A DNA stretch of 64,000 nucleotides from Elusimicrobiales bacterium (GTDB lineage: Bacteria; Elusimicrobiota; Elusimicrobia; Elusimicrobiales; UBA9959): positions 929 through 64,928 of the forward strand of contig JBBRDG010000003.1 of NCBI GenBank assembly GCA_038204165.1, read 5' to 3'. A program made the position numbers and the translations under genes. Below are positions 34,106 through 43,030 of the stretch, in pieces (position 1 is the first letter of the stretch; every line of letters starts with the position of its first letter). Below the pieces are notes generated by a model that was not told the DNA's origin, did not search any database, and worked only from the letters and a program-made list of their open reading frames with translations.

Positions 34106-35488
34106 ATGACAATGGCTAACAAATCTATGCTTATCCGCAACGCCCTGGTCCTGGCCACCATGGACGGTCAGGGACGTGAAATAAAGGGCGGCGATGTCTA
34201 CATCGAAGGCCCGGAGATAAAAAAAGTCGGAAAAAACCTCAGGGTGAAGGCCGATACCGTCATTGACGCCAAGGGCTGCGTAGTGCTGCCCGGCTTTGTG
34301 AACACCCACCACCACCTATACCAGACCCTGACGCGCAACCTGCCCAAGGCGCAGGATTCCAAGCTTTTCGACTGGCTGATCTACCTTTACGACATCTGGA
34401 AACACATCAACCCCGAGGCTGTGTACGCCAGCACGCAGGTGGGCCTGGGCGAGCTGCTACTGACCGGCTGCACCACCAGCACCGATCACCTGTACCTGTT
34501 CCCCAAGCAGAACAGCGGCCTCTTCATCGACACCCAGATTGAGGCGGCCAGGGAACTCGGCATGCGCTTTCACCCGACGCGCGGTTCAATGTCGCGCGGG
34601 CGCTCCAAGGGCGGCCTGCCGCCTGACAGCGTAGTGCAGAGTGAAGATTTTATTATGAAGGATTGCGAGCGCCTGGTGCATAAGTACCACGACGCTAAAG
34701 ATTTTGCCATGACCCGGGTGGCGCTGGCGCCGTGCTCGCCATTTTCCGTAACCACCGAGCTTCTGAAGCTTACCGCGGTGATGGCCAAGAAATGGGGCGT
34801 GCGGATGCATACCCACCTGGCCGAAACTATCGACGAAGAGGACTTCTGCAAAAAGCTCTTCAAGATGCGGCCGCTGGACTACATGGAATCCGTAGGCTGG
34901 GTGAGCGAAGGCAATGCCTGGTTCGCTCATTGCGTTTATATTAACGAGGCCGAAGCTAAAAGGATGGGGAAAACCCATACCGGCGTGGCGCATTGCCCCT
35001 GCTCCAACCTGCGCCTCGGTTCCGGCATAGCTCCCATACGGATGTTCATGGAGCACAATGTGCCTGTGGGCATTGCCGTGGACGGCTCCGCCTCCAACGA
35101 TTCTTCCGACATGCTGGGCGAAATACGCCAGGCCATGCTGGTGCAGCGCGTTAAGGCGGGCGTGGAAGCCATGCCGGCGCGCGACGCTTTTAAGCTCGCT
35201 ACCCTGGGCGGCGCTTCCGTGCTGGGCCGCACGGATATCGGCTCTATCGAACCGGGTAAAGCCGCCGACCTCGCCATCTTCGACGTGAGCGGGCTGGATT
35301 TTGCGGGCTCCAAGTCGGACCCGCTGGCCTCGCTGCTGTTCTGCGGCGCCTCGCACCGGACCAAGTACACCGTAGTGAACGGCAAGGTGGTGGTGAAGAA
35401 CGGCCGCCTGGTCAACGTGGACGAATTCAAACTGGCCGAGCGCGCCAACAAAGCCGCCGCCTCGCTTTACAGAAAGGGCGGCTGCTGA
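34106..35488 (+). CDS. Amidohydrolase of the 8-oxoguanine deaminase / ATZ-TRZ family
   Basis: 460 aa. The N-terminus LIRNALVLATMD...GDVYIEG...VLPGFVNTHHHLYQTL is typical of this deaminase subgroup. Confidence 0.8.
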   Translation: MTMANKSMLIRNALVLATMDGQGREIKGGDVYIEGPEIKKVGKNLRVKADTVIDAKGCVVLPGFVNTHHHLYQTLTRNLPKAQDSKLFDWLIYLYDIWKHINPEAVYASTQVGLGELLLTGCTTSTDHLYLFPKQNSGLFIDTQIEAARELGMRFHPTRGSMSRGRSKGGLPPDSVVQSEDFIMKDCERLVHKYHDAKDFAMTRVALAPCSPFSVTTELLKLTAVMAKKWGVRMHTHLAETIDEEDFCKKLFKMRPLDYMESVGWVSEGNAWFAHCVYINEAEAKRMGKTHTGVAHCPCSNLRLGSGIAPIRMFMEHNVPVGIAVDGSASNDSSDMLGEIRQAMLVQRVKAGVEAMPARDAFKLATLGGASVLGRTDIGSIEPGKAADLAIFDVSGLDFAGSKSDPLASLLFCGASHRTKYTVVNGKVVVKNGRLVNVDEFKLAERANKAAASLYRKGGC

Positions 35489-35511
35489 GAAAACTGTACT
35501 AACGGAATATC

Positions 35512-36462
35512 ATGTCAGGCTTAATGCTGAGGTCACTTCTTATAATGCTTTTCTGCTCGCCCCTGGCGGCGCAGGGCGGTACGCGCGCCGCCGATTCCGA
35601 GCTGCTTAACTATATCCGGAGCAACAGCGCCGACCCCTCCTGCGGTGTCTGTCTTAACTCCGCGCACAAGCAGACCGCTAAAGCTGAACCGGCCATACAG
35701 CCGGAGAAATATCCAGGCATGGCGCTGGTGCCGGGCGGGGCCTACCGTCTCGGTTCCCCGGCCGGGACCGGCGACCCGGACGAACTACCCGCGGCAGATA
35801 TCAAGCTGGCCGCTTTCTACATGGACAAGACGGAGGTTACCATCGGGGAATACCTGAAGTTTTCCAGCGCCACCGGCGACAATTATCCAGAATGGAAAAA
35901 ACCGGGCGACAAGTTTAACGTCGATACCGGTAAAGATAAATACTACGAGCATCTTGAAGGGCTCATCCTGACCTGCCCCGGCTGCCCGGTGTTCGGCGTG
36001 AATTGGGAAGACGCCGACGCGTACTGCCGTTGGAAGAACAAACGCCTGCCCACGGAGGCCGAATGGGAGGCCGCCGCCCGCGCGGGGTCCGCGGATAAAT
36101 ATTCTTTCGGCAATTCTGCCGCCAGGGCTGAGGATTACGCTTGGCTGGAGACTAATTCAGATAAGACCCCGCACCCGGTGGGGACCAGAAAACCCAACAA
36201 GTACAGCCTCAGCGACATGCACGGCAATGTTTGGGAATGGGTGTCCGACTTTTATGACAAGGCCTATTACGCCCAGCGCCCGGCTATGGGGCCGGAAGGT
36301 CCTGAAAAGGGTAAAGAGCATGTTATACGCGGCGGCTCCTGGAATTTTGACGCCGACTCTGCGAGGTCCGGCAATCGGGCCAGCACGGACAGCCCTAACG
36401 ACGACATCGGTTTCCGCTGTGCCCAGTCCGAGGGCGGCCGTTCGAAAGATATTAAGCTGTAA
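35512..36462 (+). CDS. Exported formylglycine-generating-enzyme (SUMF1) family protein
   Basis: Signal peptide, then motifs MHGNVWEWVSDFY and IRGGSW. Confidence 0.8.
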   Translation: MSGLMLRSLLIMLFCSPLAAQGGTRAADSELLNYIRSNSADPSCGVCLNSAHKQTAKAEPAIQPEKYPGMALVPGGAYRLGSPAGTGDPDELPAADIKLAAFYMDKTEVTIGEYLKFSSATGDNYPEWKKPGDKFNVDTGKDKYYEHLEGLILTCPGCPVFGVNWEDADAYCRWKNKRLPTEAEWEAAARAGSADKYSFGNSAARAEDYAWLETNSDKTPHPVGTRKPNKYSLSDMHGNVWEWVSDFYDKAYYAQRPAMGPEGPEKGKEHVIRGGSWNFDADSARSGNRASTDSPNDDIGFRCAQSEGGRSKDIKL

Positions 36463-36594
36463 CCCTGGTATACCACCATTCCCTAACTATCGAAAGTTTT
36501 ATCCGGGCTGAAAGGTCTGATGAACCGCGGTTAAAATTTATAATAGTTCGCTCATTTTGTTATCATAGATTACTGGGGAGTAAACCATTTCGCT

Positions 36595-37197
36595 ATGCTT
36601 TCAGCAATCATACTTGCGGCGGGTGAATCTAACAGGATGGGGAAGCCCAAGGCGCTGCTCCCGTGGCGGGGCCGCCCTTTCCTGGAACATGTCTGCGATT
36701 CGCTCCGCCGGGCCGGGGTAGAGGACCGGGTGGTAGTGCTTGGCCAGTCCTCGCACGAGATCCTGGGCGGCTGGGTGCCGGCCGGGGAGAAAGTGGCAGT
36801 AAATCCGCAACCGGAGCACGGCCAGCTTTCTTCGCTGCGCACCGGGCTTGCCGACATTTCCGAATTTTCCGAAGGCTTCATGGTCTGCCTGGCCGACCAG
36901 CCTACTATCGATCCCGACACCTACAGTAAGCTCATAGCCTGCTGGCTTTCCAACAGGGAGTCCATCGTAATTCCGCGCGTTTTCAGAGCTTCAGATTCCC
37001 GCCTGAAGCGCGGGCATCCCATCATCATCCCGGCCGCTTATAAAGCGCTCTGCTTTGAAGGGCCGCTGGACAAGGGCCTGCACTGGGTAACCCACCATCC
37101 CTCCGTTAAGGTCACCGACCTGGAAGTTAAAGACTCCGGCATCATCCGCGACTTCGACACGCCGGAAGAGTACGAGGCGCTCGTTAAGGCCGGCTGA
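36595..37197 (+). CDS. mocA: Molybdenum cofactor cytidylyltransferase (MobA-like NTP transferase)
   Basis: 200 aa. The N-terminus LSAIILAAGESNRMGKPKALLPW is typical of MocA/YgfJ. Confidence 0.8.
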   Translation: MLSAIILAAGESNRMGKPKALLPWRGRPFLEHVCDSLRRAGVEDRVVVLGQSSHEILGGWVPAGEKVAVNPQPEHGQLSSLRTGLADISEFSEGFMVCLADQPTIDPDTYSKLIACWLSNRESIVIPRVFRASDSRLKRGHPIIIPAAYKALCFEGPLDKGLHWVTHHPSVKVTDLEVKDSGIIRDFDTPEEYEALVKAG

Positions 37198-38432
37198 TGT
37201 TGACGCTGCTTATCCTCCTGGCCGTTTTTCTGCTGATCGCCGTGCGGGAAGTGGGGCGCTTCCGTTTTGAGATCTGGCAGGTGATGTCCGCCGGCGCCGC
37301 CGCCGCGCTGCTGACCGGCGGAATAAAGCCGGCCGCGGCCCTCAGGGCTATCGACCCCGACGTGATGCTCTTCTTGTTCGGCATGTTCGCGGCGGGCCAG
37401 GTGCTGGAACTCAGCGGTTGGCTGGCGCACGCCAAATACGAAATTTTCAAGCGCGTTAACACCGAGAGGTCGCTCCTGCTGCTGTTGGTGTTCTTCATGG
37501 GTATCGCTTCGGCTTTCCTGATGAATGATACGCTGGCTATCATCGGCACGCCGGTAGTGCTGCTAATCGCCCGGAAACACGACATCTCTCCCAAGGCGCT
37601 GCTGCTGGCGCTCGCTTTCTCCATAACCGTGGGCAGCGTTATGAGCCCGATAGGCAACCCGCAGAACCTGCTGGTGGCCGTTAACGGGGCGATACAGTCG
37701 CCTTTCCTGACCTTCCTGAAATATTTGGCAGTGCCAACGCTACTGAACCTCGCCGCGGTCTTTGTGCTGGTGCGCCGCTTTTACCCGGAGGAATTTACCA
37801 GCTGCCCGCTTAAGAATTCCCGGGAGCCGGTTAAAGACAAAGAGCTGGCCCGGCTGGCGAAAGTGACGGTGTTTATCCTGGCGGTGATGATCGCCGCTAA
37901 AATAAGCCTGGTGTGGCTGGACCCGGCGCTGGATTTCGGGCTTATCTGGATAGCGCTGGCCGCGGCGGCGCCCGGCCTGCTGTTCAGCCCGCGCCGCGTC
38001 GAGATCCTTAAGAAAATAGATTGGAGCACGCTGGCTTTCTTCGCCGCCATGTTCGTGCTGACGCGGGCGGCCTGGGATACCGGCTTTTTCCAGGGACTGA
38101 TAGCCGGTTCGGGGGCGGACATAACCGGTTTGGGCGCGGTAATGGTGGTAAGCGTGGCGCTTAGCCAGCTAATCTCCAACGTGCCGCTGGTGGCGCTCTA
38201 CCTGCCCGTGCTGAAGCAAGCGGGCGCGGGGACCCCGGCCTTTATGGCGTTGGCCGCGGCTTCTACTTTCGCCGGCAACCTTTTCATCCTGGGCGCGGCC
38301 AGCAACGTGATAATAATCCAGGCCGCGGAAAAAAAGGCCGGAGTCACCATTACGTTCCGCGAGTTCGCCCGCATAGGAATACCGCTTACTTTTATAAATG
38401 CCATAATATACTGGATTTACCTGAAAATATAA
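37197..38432 (+). CDS. ArsB/NhaD-superfamily (SLC13-like) anion permease
   Basis: 411 aa, ~10-12 TM helices with repeated MSPIGNPQNL-type re-entrant motifs. The start overlaps the mocA stop (TGATG). Confidence 0.7.
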   Translation: MLTLLILLAVFLLIAVREVGRFRFEIWQVMSAGAAAALLTGGIKPAAALRAIDPDVMLFLFGMFAAGQVLELSGWLAHAKYEIFKRVNTERSLLLLLVFFMGIASAFLMNDTLAIIGTPVVLLIARKHDISPKALLLALAFSITVGSVMSPIGNPQNLLVAVNGAIQSPFLTFLKYLAVPTLLNLAAVFVLVRRFYPEEFTSCPLKNSREPVKDKELARLAKVTVFILAVMIAAKISLVWLDPALDFGLIWIALAAAAPGLLFSPRRVEILKKIDWSTLAFFAAMFVLTRAAWDTGFFQGLIAGSGADITGLGAVMVVSVALSQLISNVPLVALYLPVLKQAGAGTPAFMALAAASTFAGNLFILGAASNVIIIQAAEKKAGVTITFREFARIGIPLTFINAIIYWIYLKI

Positions 38433-38440
38433 GAGGGGAC

Positions 38441-39967
38441 ATGCTGAAAACCAGCACTAAAAACGAAAGGCGGACCAAGCTTAAAGGGCTTACTTCTATA
38501 GCCGTAATTCCGATCTATCTGCAGTTCGTGGATGGCGCCTTTTTTAATATGTACACGGCAGTTTTCGGCGACCCGGCTGGTACGGCGGCGGCCCGCCACG
38601 GGTTCAGCGTCATGCTGACCTCAGGGCGTTTCCTGTCCGCAGGCCTGATGACGCTGCTGATGTACCTGTGGGTTAGGCCGGCCATCCTGTATCCGGCCGA
38701 TCCCCGGCCTCGCTACCTGGAAACAATGCGCCGGCGCATAGGGAACCTCTACCGTGACGCCGGCATCATGCTGGGGGCCGCGCTGACGGCGCGCCTGCTC
38801 TTGCTCTTTTTCAGCGGAACTGCGGGGGGAGCGCTTACGCAGGTTCTGCCCGCCTTGCTGGTCTCCTACGTGGCGCAGGCCTGCGCGCTGCTGATCTACG
38901 TGGATTTTAACTTCTCGATGAACCAGGATTTTATGGAGCTGCTGTTCACGAGGGAAGAACTCTACTCGCCGCGCAGAGGCGGCTATGTGCCCCTGTATGT
39001 TAAAGTCGGGGGCCTGGTGTTCTCTTTTGCGCTGCTGCCGTTCGTGTTCGTTTACGCGGCCCTGCATAAAAGCATAGCCGCGGATTCGCTCGTGGAGCCC
39101 GCCAGCTCGCTGCTCTTCCTGTCCGCTATCACTCTCTTTGTCGGGCTTAGGTTCGTGTTCCACGGCATCCAGAAACCGCTGAACGGGCTTATAGACAAGA
39201 TGCGCCGGGTTTCCGAAGGCGATTTCGATGTTAAGACGCGGGTGTATTTCTCTGACGAAGTGGCCAGGTTGAAAGCCGGTTTCAATGAAATGGTGGACGG
39301 GCTCAAGGAGCGCGCCGAACTGCAGGATACCTTCGGCAAGTATATGTCCATAGAGATCGCGCGCGAACTCATCAAGAACAAGAAGGTTAACCTTGGCGGC
39401 GAGGACATGGAAGCGGCGGTGATGTTCTGCGACATCCGCAACTTCACTTCGCTAAGCGAGAAGATGAGTGCCTCCATGCTGGTTGAATTTCTTAACGGTT
39501 ATTTCCACTATATTACCCCGCCCATCGCCGCGCATCACGGCGTGATAAGCAAGTTTATGGGCGACGCGGTGATGGCAATTTATACGCCGCTGATGGGGTC
39601 CGGCGACTACGCCGCCGATGCGGTGCGCGCGGCCGTGGACATGCGCAAGGCCCTGTCGGAATATAACGATTCTGGCAAGCTGCACGGGCGGGTGGAGTTC
39701 GGCATAGGCGTACACTGTGGCAAGCTCGTGGCCGGGAATATCGGTACCGCGGCCCGGCTCGAATACACTTTTATCGGCGACACGGTCAATATCGCCTCGC
39801 GCCTGGAGTCAAAGACCAAGGATTTTAACACCGACATCATCGTCAGCGAGGCCGCCGTAGTAAAAGCGAGCGGGTCGCTGGGCGGCTCCGTGGCCTTTGA
39901 GCCCCTGGGCAAAGCCGCCCTGAAGGGGAAGAGCGAAATGATGGAACTTTACAAGGTGGCAAATTAA
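38441..39967 (+). CDS. Membrane-bound HAMP-domain class III adenylate/guanylate cyclase
   Basis: 508 aa. Polytopic N-terminus, a HAMP linker, and the catalytic motifs VMFCDIRNFTSLSE, GDAVMAIYTP, FIGDTVNIASRLES. Confidence 0.85.
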   Translation: MLKTSTKNERRTKLKGLTSIAVIPIYLQFVDGAFFNMYTAVFGDPAGTAAARHGFSVMLTSGRFLSAGLMTLLMYLWVRPAILYPADPRPRYLETMRRRIGNLYRDAGIMLGAALTARLLLLFFSGTAGGALTQVLPALLVSYVAQACALLIYVDFNFSMNQDFMELLFTREELYSPRRGGYVPLYVKVGGLVFSFALLPFVFVYAALHKSIAADSLVEPASSLLFLSAITLFVGLRFVFHGIQKPLNGLIDKMRRVSEGDFDVKTRVYFSDEVARLKAGFNEMVDGLKERAELQDTFGKYMSIEIARELIKNKKVNLGGEDMEAAVMFCDIRNFTSLSEKMSASMLVEFLNGYFHYITPPIAAHHGVISKFMGDAVMAIYTPLMGSGDYAADAVRAAVDMRKALSEYNDSGKLHGRVEFGIGVHCGKLVAGNIGTAARLEYTFIGDTVNIASRLESKTKDFNTDIIVSEAAVVKASGSLGGSVAFEPLGKAALKGKSEMMELYKVAN

Positions 39968-39983
39968 GTAAAATTATAATGTT

Positions 39984-40811
39984 ATGAAAGAACAAAAAAA
40001 CCTGATAAAAATGCTTTCCGAGGCCATAGACTCGGGCCGCGGGGCGGCCTTCGTCACCGTGATTTCCGTGGGTGGTTCGACTCCGCGCGAAGCCGGCGCC
40101 AGAATGCTGGTCTACGCCGACGGCTCCATAGAGGGCACGGTGGGCGGCGGCACTATCGAGATGCTGACCATAAAGAAGGCGGTCGAGTGCATAGCTAAAG
40201 GCGAGGGCGGAAAATTTAATTTCGAACTTAAGCCCGGCGGCAATACCGGCATGATCTGCATGGGCAGCATGGAAGTGTATATCGACGTATATACCAACCC
40301 GCTCAAGGTGCTGATCCTGGGCGGCGGCCACGTGGGTTTGAAGATCGCCGAGGCCTGCCGGCTGGCCGGCTATCCCTATTGCGTGGCGGACGACCGTAAG
40401 GAGTTCGCCAACGCCGAGCGGTTTCCCGGAGCTATAGCCGTTATAAACCAGGAACCGCATAAGGCGGTAGCCGCGGCGGGTGTGGATAAGGACACTTACG
40501 TGGTGATAGTCACTCGCGGGCACTCGCTGGACCGGGAATGCCTGGAAGCCGTAATGCGCACCCCTGCCGCCTACATCGGCATGATAGGCAGCGCCGATAA
40601 GGTGCGCGAGATCTTCCGCCTGCTCGGCAAGAAGAAGCTTTATCCGCACAAGGACCAGCGCGTGCATTCGCCCGTCGGGCTCAACCTGGGCGGCAAGTCG
40701 CCGGGCGAGATAGCCGTTTCCGTGCTGGCCGAGATCATACAGCTGCACTACAAGCGCGACGCCAGGCATATGCGCGTAACCGACGCCGGTCCCGCTAAAG
40801 CCGGTAAGTAA
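39984..40811 (+). CDS. xdhC: XdhC/CoxI-family molybdenum-hydroxylase maturation factor
   Basis: 275 aa. N-terminal XdhC_CoxI region (FVTVISVGGSTPREAGARMLV) plus a Rossmann-like half (VLILGGGHVG). Confidence 0.85.
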   Translation: MKEQKNLIKMLSEAIDSGRGAAFVTVISVGGSTPREAGARMLVYADGSIEGTVGGGTIEMLTIKKAVECIAKGEGGKFNFELKPGGNTGMICMGSMEVYIDVYTNPLKVLILGGGHVGLKIAEACRLAGYPYCVADDRKEFANAERFPGAIAVINQEPHKAVAAAGVDKDTYVVIVTRGHSLDRECLEAVMRTPAAYIGMIGSADKVREIFRLLGKKKLYPHKDQRVHSPVGLNLGGKSPGEIAVSVLAEIIQLHYKRDARHMRVTDAGPAKAGK

Positions 40812-40865
40812 GCGGTTAACTTTAAAATAGAAGGCGGTTTTTCTTGCAATGACCGGGTCCGCGCT

Positions 40866-41639
40866 ATGACAGATATTCAGGACCGCTACCGGCGGCAGGC
40901 CGCGCTGCGCGTGGTCGGGCCGGAGGGCCAGCGCAAGCTAGCCGCCAGCACCGTGCTGGTGGTCGGCTGCGGCGGCCTGGGTAGCGCGCAGGCACAATTC
41001 CTGGCCCGGGCCGGCGTAGGCCGGCTCATCCTGGCCGACAGGGATATAATCCAGCTTTACAACTTGCCTTACCAGTTCATCTACGACGAGAAAGACGTGA
41101 CGGAGCGCATGCCCAAGGCCGAGGCCGCCGCGCGCCGCCTGCGGGCGGTGAATTCCGGCATTACCATTGAACCGGTCGTGGTTAACGTCACCGCCGCTAA
41201 TGTGGAGGAGCTGCTGGCGCGGGCCGACCTGCTGATGGACGCCACGGACAATTTTGAGACCCGCTACCTTCTGAACGACGCGGCTGTTAAGGCTGGTAAA
41301 CCCTGGGTTTACGGCGGGGTGCTGGGCACCGACGGCACGGTGATGGCCGTGCGCCCGGGCGGGCCCTGCCTGCGCTGCCTCTTCCCGGAGCAGCCCGCCG
41401 AAGGTCTGCTGCCCAATTGCGACGCGTACGGGGTGTTGAACACCGCCGTGGCCTGGGCGGCCGCGCTGCAGGTTACCGAGGCGCTCAAATTTCTTACGGG
41501 CGCGCCCGACAAAGATTTTAAGTTCCATACGCTGGACATCTGGCAGGGTTCGGTCTCGGCGGTCTCGGCAGAGCGCCGCGCGGACTGCGTCTGCTGCGGC
41601 CAGCGCCGCTTCGAGTTTCTCAAAAAGGATCAAGTATGA
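40866..41639 (+). CDS. ThiF/MoeB/HesA-family E1-like adenylyltransferase
   Basis: 257 aa. RYRRQ, VVGCGGLGS nucleotide loop, DATDN, two CxxC pairs (CLRC, CVCC), and a conserved active-site-region Cys (NCDAYGV). No rhodanese domain. NLPYQ replaces the canonical NLQRQ. Confidence 0.85.
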   Translation: MTDIQDRYRRQAALRVVGPEGQRKLAASTVLVVGCGGLGSAQAQFLARAGVGRLILADRDIIQLYNLPYQFIYDEKDVTERMPKAEAAARRLRAVNSGITIEPVVVNVTAANVEELLARADLLMDATDNFETRYLLNDAAVKAGKPWVYGGVLGTDGTVMAVRPGGPCLRCLFPEQPAEGLLPNCDAYGVLNTAVAWAAALQVTEALKFLTGAPDKDFKFHTLDIWQGSVSAVSAERRADCVCCGQRRFEFLKKDQV

Positions 41640-43030
41640 CGAGTTTTATTCTTAATCAACGCGTGGTACATACTGACGAGCGCCCAGGCATGGTCCTGCT
41701 GGAATATATCCGTGGCGTGGCCTGTCTGTCCGGCACCAAGGAAGCCTGCCGTGAGGGCGAATGCGGCGCCTGCACCGTGCTGGTTGGAACGCGACAAGCG
41801 GACGGCACCGTGGCTTACAAGGCCTGCGCCTCCTGCCTGCTACCCATCGGCGACGTGGATGGCTGCCATATTGTTACCGTGGAGGGCCTTATCGGCGAGC
41901 CCCTTACGCTGGTGCAGCGGCTTATCGTCGAGAACAACGCCTCGCAGTGCGGGTTCTGCACCCCCGGCATAGTGCTGTCGCTTACCGGGTTCTGCCTTGG
42001 CAGTTCCACGCTTTCTTACGAACACGCTGTTGATGCGCTGGATGGCAATATCTGCCGCTGCACGGGTTATGTTTCCATCCGTAACGCGGCGCGCACGCTG
42101 TGCGAAAAATTAGCTTCAGTGGGTTCCGACCCGGCCGAACGGCTGGGCGCGCTTGTGTCCGCCGGAGTGGTGCCCGAGTACTTCCGCGCTATCCCGGACC
42201 AGTTGGCGCAGCTCCACGCCGACCCGCGGCCTGCCTGCGAGGGCGCGGTGCTGGTGGCCGGTGGCACGGACCTGTTCGCGCAGCGCCCCGAGCAATTGCT
42301 GGAAAGCGACCTTTGCTTCTTATCCGATCGCTGCGATCTAAATTATATCCGTGTAGATGGCGAGTTCCTGCGTGTTGGCGGGGGGGTAACTATCGAAGAT
42401 TTCCGCCGGTCTGCCCCGGTGCTTAAGCATTTTACTGAAGTAGCGCAGGACCTCCTGCGGCATTCCTCCACGATTTTGCGCAACAAGGCCACGCTCACCG
42501 GCAATATCGTAAACGCTTCTCCCATCGGCGACGCCAGCATCATTCTGCTGGCGCTCGGTGCGCGGCTCATTATCGAGGGTCGTGGCGGAGCCAAACGGGA
42601 AGTGCCGCTCTCGAAGTTCTTCCTAGGCTATAAGAAAACTGATCTTGCATGCGGTGAGCTTGTGGCCGAGATTATAATTCCGCTGCTGCCGGCCGGCGCC
42701 AGCTACCATTTTGAGAAGGTCTCCAACCGGGCCACGCTCGATATTGCGGCGGTAAACACCGCGCTGCGTCTGGCCATCGGGCCAGACGGGGCCATCACCG
42801 GCCTGAGTCTTGCCGCCGGAGGCGTGGGGCCGACCCCGCTCCTGATAGGCGGCCTTGAGGTTTTTTACGGCCGCAAGCCGGACGCTGGCACTGTAGATGC
42901 TATAGCCAAGACTGCCGAGGCCGCGGCTAAACCTATAGACGATATCCGCGGCTCCGCCGCTTACAAGAAATTACTGTTGGGCCAATTGGTGCGCGCTCAT
43001 TTTACCGCCACCGCCGGGGAGGCCGTATGA
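41636..43030 (+). CDS. xdhA: Xanthine dehydrogenase small subunit (2x[2Fe-2S] + FAD domain)
   Basis: 464 aa. Motifs CREGECGACTV, CGFCTPG, CRCTGY and the FAD domain LVAGGTDL. 4-nt overlaps on both sides. Confidence 0.88.
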   Translation: MTSFILNQRVVHTDERPGMVLLEYIRGVACLSGTKEACREGECGACTVLVGTRQADGTVAYKACASCLLPIGDVDGCHIVTVEGLIGEPLTLVQRLIVENNASQCGFCTPGIVLSLTGFCLGSSTLSYEHAVDALDGNICRCTGYVSIRNAARTLCEKLASVGSDPAERLGALVSAGVVPEYFRAIPDQLAQLHADPRPACEGAVLVAGGTDLFAQRPEQLLESDLCFLSDRCDLNYIRVDGEFLRVGGGVTIEDFRRSAPVLKHFTEVAQDLLRHSSTILRNKATLTGNIVNASPIGDASIILLALGARLIIEGRGGAKREVPLSKFFLGYKKTDLACGELVAEIIIPLLPAGASYHFEKVSNRATLDIAAVNTALRLAIGPDGAITGLSLAAGGVGPTPLLIGGLEVFYGRKPDAGTVDAIAKTAEAAAKPIDDIRGSAAYKKLLLGQLVRAHFTATAGEAV

